From: Bacteroidota bacterium
Lineage (GTDB): Bacteria > Bacteroidota > Ignavibacteria > UBA10030 > SZUA-254
Assembly: GCA_044449065.1 (NCBI GenBank)
Contig: JBIOHP010000003.1
Coordinates: 2,019 to 66,018, forward strand
Direction of reading: 5' to 3'
Length of the DNA stretch: 64,000 nt
Positions 39,848-49,800 of this stretch are shown here, piece by piece; positions within the stretch are counted from its first letter, which is position 1, and each line of letters opens with the position of its first letter. Under the pieces are notes generated by a model. That model was given only the letters and a program-made list of their open reading frames with translations. It was not told the origin of the DNA and searched no databases. The translations under genes were made by a program, and so were the position numbers.

Positions 39848-40387
39848 ATGATTTTACAAAATTTTTCAAAACAGAGTACTCTTTTAATTCGATTTCTCAT
39901 TCTGTCTTTGCTTTTACAGACTGTCTCGATTGCTTCATTTGCGGATGATAAGGGAAAATCCCAAATCACCAATGTTCGATTCGAAACAAAGGAAAATATC
40001 GTGACGGTTCAATACGATCTGGCAGCTCCCAAAGGGGATAAATATAAGACCGTGCTCATCCTTCGAAAAGACAGCGACAAGGGATACAGCTATCTGCCGA
40101 GAGATGTAGAGGGCGACATAGGCAGCGGAACGCTTCCCGGCCAGAATCGCGTAATCAGATGGGATACCAATGAAGAGTTCCCGCAAGGTATAGTAGGAAA
40201 CGATTATTATTTTGAAATCACAGCTGAAAAAATTGCAAAACAATCATTTTCTGTCCCATGGATCGGGATAGGATTAGCGGCTTTAGCCGGAACGGCGGCA
40301 TTGTGGTACGGGTCTTCATTATCAGGAAGCCAGACTTTCCCGAATACTCCTGCAGCATTTCCTGCGCCGCCGGGAAGACCGCATTAA
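39848..40387 (+). CDS. Secreted hypothetical protein with C-terminal hydrophobic segment and Pro-rich tail
   Basis: Signal peptide, V.YDL..GDIG..I.WD beta domain, WIGIGLAALAGTAALW, ending FPAPPGRPH. Confidence 0.7.
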   Translation: MILQNFSKQSTLLIRFLILSLLLQTVSIASFADDKGKSQITNVRFETKENIVTVQYDLAAPKGDKYKTVLILRKDSDKGYSYLPRDVEGDIGSGTLPGQNRVIRWDTNEEFPQGIVGNDYYFEITAEKIAKQSFSVPWIGIGLAALAGTAALWYGSSLSGSQTFPNTPAAFPAPPGRPH

Positions 40388-40413
40388 AAAACATAATAAA
40401 CGGATTATATATA

Positions 40414-42045
40414 ATGAAATCATCTCTAAAACCTACGATTGAAAAATCGATATCATTAAATCTCCCCGAGGGAGCGTATGTTCGCTCGTCCAACGTTCAG
40501 AATGTCGTACGCGTGCTCACCCCTGCCGCGTTGACGTTTATTTCAAAATTGGAAAGGCAGTTCCGTGAACGCCGGCGGATACTTCTTAAAAAAAGAATTG
40601 AACGGCAGATTGAGATCAATTCGGGGAGGATGCCTGATTTTCTTCCCGCGACGGAACACATCCGAACCGGGTACTGGAAAATTTCCGAATGTCCTGCCGA
40701 TCTTCTCGACCGGAGGGTCGAAATCACCGGACCGCCGGAAAGGAAGATGATAATCAATGCGCTCAATTCCGGAGCTAATGTCTATATGGCGGATTTCGAG
40801 GACGCTCTTTCGCCAACATGGCAAAATGTTATTGATGGGCAGTGCAATCTTCAGGACGCCGTTGATCGCACAATAAGCGTCGATGATTCCGGAGGAAAGC
40901 AGTATGCATTAAATGAGCATATCGCAACGCTCATGGTTCGTCCGCGCGGATTACACCTTGAAGAGAAATATGTAACGATTGATGGTCAACCTATTTCTGC
41001 ATCGATTTTCGATTTTGGCCTCTTCTTTTTCCATAATGCGCAAAAGCTGATTAATCGCGGTAGCGGTCCCTATTTTTATCTTCCGAAGATGGAGAATCAT
41101 TTGGAAGCGCGGCTCTGGAACGAAATCTTTAATATGGCCCAGGATGAATTGGGAATTCCCCGCGGAACGATCAGGGCGACTGTTCTTATCGAAACCATTC
41201 TGGCAGCATTCGAAATGCATGAGATTCTCTATGAATTGAAGGAACATTCGGCGGGTTTAAATTGCGGCAGATGGGATTACATCTTCAGTTTCATAAAAAA
41301 GTTCAGATATCATCATGAGTTCCTTCTCCCCGATAGGGGACGGGTTACCATGCTGACCCATTTTCTGCGATCATATTCTACTCTCCTTATCCAAACGTGC
41401 CATCTCCACGGCGCTCATGCCCTCGGAGGTATGGCAGCGCAGATACCCATCAAGGCTGATCCGGAAGCAAACGAGGAAGCGTTGAGAAAAGTACGCCAGG
41501 ACAAAGAACGCGAAGTGGCGGATGGTCACGATGGAACGTGGGTTGCCCATCCGGGTCTTGTGCCGATTGCAAAACAGGTTTTTGATGAAAAAATGCCATC
41601 ACCCAATCAAATACATCGCCTCAGAGACGACGCCAGAATATCAGCGGGTGATCTGCTAAGAGTTCCAAAGGGGGAGATCACTGAAAGCGGTATGCGTCTC
41701 AATATAGAAGTTGCGCTCCGTTATATTGAATCATGGTTAAATGGCTCTGGATGCGTCCCCATACACAATTTAATGGAAGATGCAGCCACCGCTGAAATTT
41801 GCCGGGCACAACTATGGCAATGGGTTCATAGTCCTAACGCAACATTTTCAGACCATCGGAGAATTAATCCCGAGGTGTTTGATAATTTCTTTACAAATGA
41901 ATTAGGTGTAATTCAAGAGACTCTGGGCCCGGAACAATTTAGAGACCGAAAATTTAATCGGGCAGCTTCAATCCTTAAAAAACTGGTTCTCGGTAGAGAT
42001 TTTGCAGATTTCTTAACGCTTTCGGCATATGAATATCTCGACTAA
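40414..42045 (+). CDS. aceB: Malate synthase A
   Basis: DRRVEITGP, MADFED, YFYLPK, GLNCGRWDYIFS, DGTWVAHP, LMEDAATAEI. Start set at ATG 40414. Confidence 0.97.
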   Translation: MKSSLKPTIEKSISLNLPEGAYVRSSNVQNVVRVLTPAALTFISKLERQFRERRRILLKKRIERQIEINSGRMPDFLPATEHIRTGYWKISECPADLLDRRVEITGPPERKMIINALNSGANVYMADFEDALSPTWQNVIDGQCNLQDAVDRTISVDDSGGKQYALNEHIATLMVRPRGLHLEEKYVTIDGQPISASIFDFGLFFFHNAQKLINRGSGPYFYLPKMENHLEARLWNEIFNMAQDELGIPRGTIRATVLIETILAAFEMHEILYELKEHSAGLNCGRWDYIFSFIKKFRYHHEFLLPDRGRVTMLTHFLRSYSTLLIQTCHLHGAHALGGMAAQIPIKADPEANEEALRKVRQDKEREVADGHDGTWVAHPGLVPIAKQVFDEKMPSPNQIHRLRDDARISAGDLLRVPKGEITESGMRLNIEVALRYIESWLNGSGCVPIHNLMEDAATAEICRAQLWQWVHSPNATFSDHRRINPEVFDNFFTNELGVIQETLGPEQFRDRKFNRAASILKKLVLGRDFADFLTLSAYEYLD

Positions 42046-42325
42046 TATCCCAAGCTCGATTTACTCATTAATAAATAATAGACGCTAAGTAAGTCATATT
42101 ATATTTCATAAGAAGATTTATCGCATAAATTGAAATCTTCAACTCAATCGCTTGTTTTACGATAGATGCAGTCATAATATTGATCGCACACTTTGATAGT
42201 GGCGAGTGGATGAGTTGCTGCTATCAATAAGAAAAACGTTGAAAATAATTACGCACACTGATGATTATGAATAAGAATTGAACTATGTATTTAACTAAAC
42301 TATTACTATATGAGAGGAATCTTTT

Positions 42326-43603
42326 ATGACAAGCGATCATGTATCTTCATTGACCAAATCATGGGCGCAGTCCAGACGGTGGGAGGGAATAGAACGACCG
42401 TACACCGCCGAGGACGTAGTCCGTTTATCGGGTAGTATTCAACCGGAATGTACTCTTGCCCGTATGGGGGCTGAACGGTTGTGGCGTACCTTGCACGATG
42501 AACCGTACATAAGAGCGCTCGGCGCCTGCACCGGCAATCAAGCGATTCAACAGGTCAGAGCAGGTTTAAAGGCAATTTATGTCAGCGGGTGGCAGGTGGC
42601 TGCCGATGCGAACGGAGCGGGTGAAATGTACCCGGACCAAAGTCTCTATCCGGCTGATAGCGTCCCTAACCTCGTGAGAAAAATAAATAATGCTTTTCTC
42701 CGTTCCGACCAAATCGAACATGCGAACGGAGAACATAAATTCAATTTTTTCGTCCCCATCATCGCTGATGCAGAAGCGGGTTTCGGGGGCACGCTCAACG
42801 CTTTCGAATTGATGAAGGATATGATTGAAGCGGGCGCCGCCGCAGTGCATTTTGAAGATCAGGCGTCGGCGTTAAAAAAATGCGGACATATGGGCGGTAA
42901 AGTCATTGTGCCGGCGAAAGAATTTATTTCGAAATTGGTCGCTGCTCGTTTGGCGAGCGATATCATGGGGATACCCACCCTCCTCATTGCTCGAACGGAT
43001 GCGTTAGGCGCCCGCTTGATCCAGAGTGATGTTGATCCGGTCGATCAACAGTTCTTCACGGGGGAACGAACCCCGGAGGGATACTTTGGCATTAAAGGCG
43101 GCCTGGAGTGCGCAATCACCCGCGCAATTGAATTTGCGCCTTTTTCGGATATCCTATGGTGCGAAACGTCAACTCCGGATTTAGGTGAAGCCCGCGAATT
43201 TGCTCAAGCGGTGCATGCAAAATATCCGAAAAAATTATTGGCATATAATTGTTCCCCCTCCTTTAACTGGAAAAAGCATTTAACCGATCAGGATATATCG
43301 ACGTTCCAGGACCAACTGGGGTTGATGGGTTATAAATTCCAATTCGTAACCTTAGCGGGTTTTCACACATTGAATGCGTCGATGTTTGAGCTCGCGAAAG
43401 CGTACGAGAAAGAAGGCATGACTGCATACACCGGTTTGCAGGAACATGAATTCGCGATGGAATATAAACATGGATATTCTGCGGTAAAGCATCAACAGTT
43501 CGTAGGGGTGAGTTATTTTGATGAAATTCAACTTGCGATTTCCGGCGGACAAGCAACAACAACCGGATTAAAAGATTCGACCGAGTCGCATCAGTTTGTA
43601 TAA
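42326..43603 (+). CDS. aceA: Isocitrate lyase
   Basis: [35 protein letters not shown]. Confidence 0.98.
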   Translation: MTSDHVSSLTKSWAQSRRWEGIERPYTAEDVVRLSGSIQPECTLARMGAERLWRTLHDEPYIRALGACTGNQAIQQVRAGLKAIYVSGWQVAADANGAGEMYPDQSLYPADSVPNLVRKINNAFLRSDQIEHANGEHKFNFFVPIIADAEAGFGGTLNAFELMKDMIEAGAAAVHFEDQASALKKCGHMGGKVIVPAKEFISKLVAARLASDIMGIPTLLIARTDALGARLIQSDVDPVDQQFFTGERTPEGYFGIKGGLECAITRAIEFAPFSDILWCETSTPDLGEAREFAQAVHAKYPKKLLAYNCSPSFNWKKHLTDQDISTFQDQLGLMGYKFQFVTLAGFHTLNASMFELAKAYEKEGMTAYTGLQEHEFAMEYKHGYSAVKHQQFVGVSYFDEIQLAISGGQATTTGLKDSTESHQFV

Positions 43604-43640
43604 ATAAACTGGTTCTGGATTCATAATAAAGTTTGGGGAT

Positions 43641-43679
43641 ATGTCACTCTTCAGTATGCCCGAAGGGGACATTTCTATT
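43641..43679 (+). terminator. Probable intrinsic terminator after aceA
   Basis: Imperfect ATGTC..CTTC / GAAGGGGACAT stem followed by TTCTATT. Confidence 0.45.
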
Positions 43680-43779
43680 CGGACTGTACGGTTACGCTTC
43701 AGGTTGCGCTCATACGCGCTGCGCGTCAAATTTTTGAAGCAAAACCGAATTATCTAAATATTTTATACACTTCAAACGA

Positions 43780-44562
43780 ATGGAAGAAAATATTCTCGAG
43801 TTGAATCGAGAACTTGAGCAGCTCGTAACCCGGCAAACTGCCCGGCTCCGTTCCGCTACTGAGGAGCTCGATGCGTTTAGTTACGCTATCGCGCACGATT
43901 TACGCGCGCCGCTTCGGGCAATCAACGGCTTCACGTCATTGATTATGGAAAATCATGCGAGCAATCTTGATGAAGAAGGGAAGCGGCTGCTGAATATTGT
44001 CAAACTGAATGCCAACCGGATGGGACAGCTCCTCGATGATATGGTGGCTTATTCGCGGATCAATCGTCAAGAGCTGGAGCCGATGACGTTGGTCGATATG
44101 AACAAAATGGTCAATGAAATTATCGGTGAATTGCAAAAAGACCATCCGGATGATACTCTGTCATTTAAAATTCATGATATTGCTCCGGTCGTTTGTAATG
44201 CGCAAATGATCCACCAGGTTTGGGCAAATTTAATTTCCAATGCTGTTAAATTTACGGCGGGCAGAGCTGAAAAAATTGTTGAAATAGGGTCAACCGAAGA
44301 AAAGCAGGAGATTATTTATTTCGTCAAGGATAGCGGAGTCGGATTCGATATGCAATTTGCCCAAAATATGTTTGGAATGTTTCAACGTCTCCACCCCGCG
44401 AAAGCTTTCGATGGGAAAGGCGTAGGTTTGGCAATCGTTAAACGAATTATCAATAAACACGATGGCAAGGTCTGGTCGGAAGGCGTTGTCGATAAAGGAG
44501 CAACACTCTATTTTTCATTGCCCAGGAATCGTGTTGGGGAAAATACTCCGCGTGAACGCTAA
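43780..44562 (+). CDS. Histidine kinase core (HisKA + HATPase) lacking a sensor domain; probably 5'-truncated
   Basis: FSYAIAHDLRAPLR, NLISNAVKF, DSGVGF, G.GVGLAIVKRI. An in-frame TGA lies at 43735-43737, and the residual 'KRMEE' resembles a post-PAS linker. Confidence 0.8.
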   Translation: MEENILELNRELEQLVTRQTARLRSATEELDAFSYAIAHDLRAPLRAINGFTSLIMENHASNLDEEGKRLLNIVKLNANRMGQLLDDMVAYSRINRQELEPMTLVDMNKMVNEIIGELQKDHPDDTLSFKIHDIAPVVCNAQMIHQVWANLISNAVKFTAGRAEKIVEIGSTEEKQEIIYFVKDSGVGFDMQFAQNMFGMFQRLHPAKAFDGKGVGLAIVKRIINKHDGKVWSEGVVDKGATLYFSLPRNRVGENTPRER

Positions 44563-44773
44563 TTTTACTATATTACTGGTGGAAGTTGTGGTTTTCTCTT
44601 CATCGGCGGAAATGATCGATATCAATCAAAGTTATGTGCTCGGGGCGAATAGTTATATACAAAAACTTATTGATTTTAATAAGTTTGCGAGCGCAGTTTG
44701 AGATTTATCTTCATATTGGACAGAATTATATCATTCTCCCCTCCGTTCGGCGCATCAACTGAATCTGGATTAA
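44552..44773 (+). pseudogene. Rcp1-type response regulator pseudogene (internal deletion plus nonsense codon)
   Basis: GTG-NANFTILLVE joins directly to VVVFSSS..DI..SY.LGANSYIQK..DF..F..AV, then TGA at 44699-44701, then DLSSYW. The phosphoacceptor region is missing. Confidence 0.8.
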
Positions 44774-44821
44774 GGGAGAATTTGATTAGCGAGCAAATCA
44801 CTCAATATTTCGAATAGAGCA

Positions 44822-45940
44822 ATGCCGATAGAATCATCAGCGAAAATGGCGCCCGGTACGATGTGGAATGATCTTCGTATTCTACTTCTGGAAGATAATC
44901 CATCGGATGCAGAGTTGATTAAGATCGAACTCACACGGGGAAACCTGAATTTTACCGTTCGCATCGCCGGAACGGAAGAAGAATTTATCGAAGAGATGAG
45001 CAAGTTTTTTCCCCAGATAATACTTGCAGACTTTTCTCTTCCACAATTCACCGCCTTCCAGGCATTGAAATTACTTAAAGACTTGCATCTGACAACTCCG
45101 GTTATCCTTGTCACCGGTTCTCAATCCGAAGAGGTTGCCGTTGAATGTCTCAAGGCAGGAGCAGAAGATTATATCTTAAAACAAAGCCTGAAACGTCTGC
45201 CGTCGGCGGTGCTAAGCGTTCTGGAAAAAAAGGAAGCGGAGAGACATAAGCGGGAAATAGAACGGCAGCTTTTTCTTTCGAACCGGCAGTTACGCGCCCT
45301 GTCAGCCCGCCTGCAAATGGTCCGGGAAGAGGAGCGTACTCAGATCGCGCGGGAAATTCACGATGAGCTCGGTCAAACCTTAACAGGATTGCGGTTGGAC
45401 CTGGCATATTTAGAGGGGAAATTAAAACTGTACGGTCAGGTGGACAAAGAAATTTTAGATTCGCAAATTCAATCGATGTCCTCGCTCGTCGATTCATCGA
45501 TTCAAACAGTGCGAAGAATTGCCACAGAATTACGGCCGCAAGTGCTTGACGACCTCGGGTTGATACCCGCTCTTGAATGGCAGACCGCCGAATTTCAGAG
45601 CCGAACAAAAATACAGTGCACGTTAAAGAGCAATCTTGAGGACGTCAAACTTGATCAGAATTATTCTACGGCATTATTCCGGATCCTTCAGGAAAGCCTG
45701 ACGAACGTCGCGCGCCATTCGAGCGCAAATAAAGTTAGCGTGAAACTCCATGTGAACGCTAAGACGATAACGCTTTCCATTTCGGATAATGGCAAAGGTA
45801 TCGCCGAAAATGAAATTCCGAGTCTTAAATCGTTAGGGATTTTAGGAATGCGGGAACGCGCGCTCCTTCTCGGAGGGAAATTGAATATTACTGGAAAACG
45901 AGGTCGGGGCACAACTATTTTTGTAGAAATTCCACGATAA
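44822..45940 (+). CDS. Hybrid receiver plus HisKA_3 histidine kinase
   Basis: ILLLEDNPSD, ILADFSLP, IAREIHDELGQ, QESLTNVARHS, DNGKG, GMRERA. The start may be 44860. Confidence 0.93.
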   Translation: MPIESSAKMAPGTMWNDLRILLLEDNPSDAELIKIELTRGNLNFTVRIAGTEEEFIEEMSKFFPQIILADFSLPQFTAFQALKLLKDLHLTTPVILVTGSQSEEVAVECLKAGAEDYILKQSLKRLPSAVLSVLEKKEAERHKREIERQLFLSNRQLRALSARLQMVREEERTQIAREIHDELGQTLTGLRLDLAYLEGKLKLYGQVDKEILDSQIQSMSSLVDSSIQTVRRIATELRPQVLDDLGLIPALEWQTAEFQSRTKIQCTLKSNLEDVKLDQNYSTALFRILQESLTNVARHSSANKVSVKLHVNAKTITLSISDNGKGIAENEIPSLKSLGILGMRERALLLGGKLNITGKRGRGTTIFVEIPR

Positions 45941-45942
45941 GT

Positions 45943-46587
45943 ATGAATACTCCAATTACGAGAATTCTCATTGTTGATGACCACGCCATTGTACGGCGTG
46001 GCTTAAAAAATATTCTCTCGGAACAACCCGATATGACGATAGTGGGCGAAGCCGGAAATTATGATGAGCTAATGAAGATCGTAAGCGCCACAGAATGCGA
46101 TATTGTCATCCTTGATGTTTCTCTTCCTGGTAAAAACGGGTTTGATATTCTGAAAGATTTACGGGTGCAGTATCCTAAACTACCCGTGTTATTCTTAAGT
46201 ATGCTGCCCGAAGAACAGTTCGCCGCAAGGGCGATGAAATCTGGAGCTGCGGGATACCTGAGCAAAGGGAGTCCAACCGAAGAATTAGTGAAGGCAATTC
46301 GGAAAATCATTGCGGGAAAAAAATACGTCAGCCAGGAGTTTGCGGAAAAACTTGCTATGGGATTCAGCTCGAACAACCAAAAATTATCTCACGAATTATT
46401 ATCGGAACGGGAATTCCAGGTTTTGCTCAAGGTAGCTTCAGGTAAATCATTATCCGATATTGCCGCAGAATTGTTCCTGAGTGTTAAAACAGTTGCGACC
46501 CATCGTTCACGCATTTTAGCGAAGATGAATATGCATAGTAATGCCGAACTTGTGCGCTACGCTGTGGAACATAAATTAATCGAATAA
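45943..46587 (+). CDS. NarL/LuxR family response regulator
   Basis: IVDDHAIVR, ILDVSLP, LSEREFQV...LSVKTV.THR. Confidence 0.95.
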   Translation: MNTPITRILIVDDHAIVRRGLKNILSEQPDMTIVGEAGNYDELMKIVSATECDIVILDVSLPGKNGFDILKDLRVQYPKLPVLFLSMLPEEQFAARAMKSGAAGYLSKGSPTEELVKAIRKIIAGKKYVSQEFAEKLAMGFSSNNQKLSHELLSEREFQVLLKVASGKSLSDIAAELFLSVKTVATHRSRILAKMNMHSNAELVRYAVEHKLIE

Positions 46588-46805
46588 CATAACATCTAAC
46601 TCATATTCGATTGTATCGGAAATTCAGGAATATCATAAAGATAACGTTTTTCATCTCCAATATTTTATGATAGCGCTTTGTAAAACTTACATATCCGGAA
46701 GCCCCTTTTATTAAAAATATATTCCAAACTTCTCCGGATTACGCAAAAAATGAAGAAAATGTATCGGATATAACTCTTTAAAGCGCTTTATTTGTTTCGA
46801 AATCA

Positions 46806-49800
46806 TTGATTTTATTAAATTTACATCATATTTTCACAAAAGTATTGTTTTTGAATTTAGCCCATCTTATATTACTGAGACGAGTTGATGTAATCTTTGT
46901 GTTCAGATCACCCATAATCAATACCGTATTATGTGCGTTGAGTTTCCTTGCAATACTCTTCAGCAGCAATCTCCGTGCGCAAACGAACATTTGGGTATCG
47001 GCGTATTACGCCGGTTGGCAGCAAGGATATAATAACTACGGATATCTTCCGGCGCAGAACGTCGATTATTCAGCAGTAACACACATATTCCATTTTGCGC
47101 TCGTTCCTCACAACGATGGATCGCTTGACGACGCTTCCAATAGCGTTACGGCGTTCAACGCGAATGCGTTGATCCCTCTTGCGCACGCCGCGGGGAAAAA
47201 AGTAATTATCACTGTCGGTGGGTGGGGAACCGATGTCAATTTTCGCAGCGCGACAAATCCTGCCACTCTTCCGGTTTTTGTTTCAAATTTAGTCAATCTC
47301 ATGCAGGCGAGAGGTTATGATGGAATCGATATCGATTGGGAAGTTCTCGCCTCGTCCGACTCTACTCAATACAAAGCATTCATTACCAGTTTGCGGACGG
47401 CGCTGGATGGCATTTCGCCCCGACCATTATTAACCGCCGCTACCCAGTGGGAGCCCGCGATTTTTGCTTCGGTCGCCGACAAGTTCGATCAAATAAATAT
47501 AATGACATATGACCTTTCCGGCGCGTGGCCCGGATGGGTTACGTGGCATAACTCCCCCGTATCGGATGGCGGTTTTAACTTCCCAAGTACAGGCCGTCCC
47601 ATTCCATCTGCCAACGGCATGGTTGATAATTTTGCAAGTTTTGGAATTCCCATTACAAAGCTGGGAATCGGCATCGATTTTTACGGATATATCTGGAGTG
47701 GAGGAACAGGCATGCCAAACGGCGGCGCAACCGATCCGCGGCAAAGTTGGACTTCATCTCCGTCCGTTCAAAGTAATGTCGCCTATTACAACATCATGAA
47801 ATCGTATTATCAACCTCAGTATTATCGTTGGGATACGCTCGCGCAAGCTTCCTATCTCAGCATCGATAATCCGGGTTCTGCGAATGATAAATTTATTTCG
47901 TACGACAACGAAATAACCTGTCAAAAGAAAATCACTTATGCCCGCACAAAAGGAATAGGCGGGGTGATCATATGGGAGCTTGGCGGAGGATACCAGGCAA
48001 GCAATCCCCCCGGTCAACAAGATTTATTGTTGCAGGCCGTAAAACATGCGATGAATGGTAACTATGTTCCAGGGGATACGATACCGCCATCCGTTTCCAT
48101 CACAGTTCCGGTGAATAAAGCAACAGTTTCCAATACTATTACAATCAATGCCAATGCATCCGACGACAGCTGGATTGTTGGAGTACAATTTCAACTCAAT
48201 GGAATCAACCTTGGAAATGAGCTCGGCATTCCGCCTTATAGTTATCCCTGGAATACCAGATTAACGGCGAATGGTTCTTACACTCTTTCAGCTATGGCGG
48301 TCGATGCCGGCGGCAATAAAGCGACCTCGTCAATCAACGTGATTGTCTATAATGTCCCGGATACTATAGCGCCGGTTGTTTCGATGTCCTCGCCGTTGAA
48401 CGGGGCTACGGTTTCCACTATCGTGGCGGTGTCAGCTATTGCCACTGATAATGTCGGCGTTGCAGGCGTTCAATTTAAGGTTAACGGAAATAATCTTGGC
48501 GCCGAAGTTCAATTTTCTCCATACACTGTATCTTGGAATACTTCTCTTTTTCCAAATGGCGTCGATACGCTATCAGCGGTTGCGCGGGATGACGCTGGAA
48601 ATACTTCCACTGCCTCTGTCGTCGTAACGGTGTATAATGTTCCCGATTCAATTGCCCCGGTTGTGTCGATCTCAACGCCTTCTAACGGCGCAATTGTTTC
48701 ATCTATTGTCACAATTACGGCTCAGGCAACGGATAATGTTGGAGTTGCCGGAGTGCAATTCAAACTGAACGGTAGCAACCTGGGAAGCGAGGTTGCATCT
48801 CCACCATACAGTTATTTGTGGAACACAACGACGCAAACAAATGGAAGTTATACCATTTCCGCCGTTGCGAGAGATGCTGCGGGAAATAAGTCAAGCGCTT
48901 CTATTACAGTCAACATCAATAACAATGCGTCGTCGAGGTTAGATTCTATTTATCATCTTGTCGTTCAGGATAATTTTGATAGACCAGATGCGCATCCCGT
49001 TTCCGGTGGAAAATGGATAACGTTATTGAATCAACCGGGAGGAGGCCGGATGGATCTTCTCCAGCACGCTATTCAGCCGTATAATCAAAACGGAATAGAC
49101 AACGCGGGAGGCGTTGCATGGGACTCTTTGTTAACAAAAGGTTCGGGCGTGGGCATCACCGTTGCGCGTCGATCATCCGACAACAATTTTACATCGTTAT
49201 TCATTTACCTCCGCATGGCTGGAAAAGATCTGAACACGGGTGATGGATACCGCTTCCGATATTTAGACGATCCTACCGGCAACGCGCTGCTTGCCATCCA
49301 GCGCGTCCAGAGCGGAACTATTGCCACCGATTTAGTTGCGACAAACTACCATGTAACTGTGGGAGATACCTTAAGATTTATTGCGCAGAATGATAGTTCC
49401 GGTACTCTCTTAGCGTTCGTGAACAGCGTTCAGGTACTCACAACAGTTGATACGATGTACAATCCTTCAAGCTGGTATACCTGGTTGAGGGGATTTGTTT
49501 TATCAACTGTTCCCCGGTATACCAATTTCAATATTCTTGGCGTTACACCAACACAACCGGTTTCGTTTCCCTCTATCCCGATTCCTGCCGAACCTGCGAA
49601 CGGCACTATTGGCGTTGCGTGCAACACAACCACGAGCTGGCAAAAATCTCCCCAAACAACATTGTTCAGGTTGCAACTTTCATTGGATTCCACCTTCACC
49701 ACCATTACATTCGACACCGGTGGCGTAACTAATAACATATTTACTTTTAATGGATTACGACAAGCTTCTACATATTACTGGCGGGTTCAAGCTTCGAATA

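Noticed and set aside
44699-44701. TGA as selenocysteine or recoded stop
   Set aside because: It lies in a gene already broken by a deletion, at a non-Cys position, and TGA is used as a normal stop elsewhere in the window.
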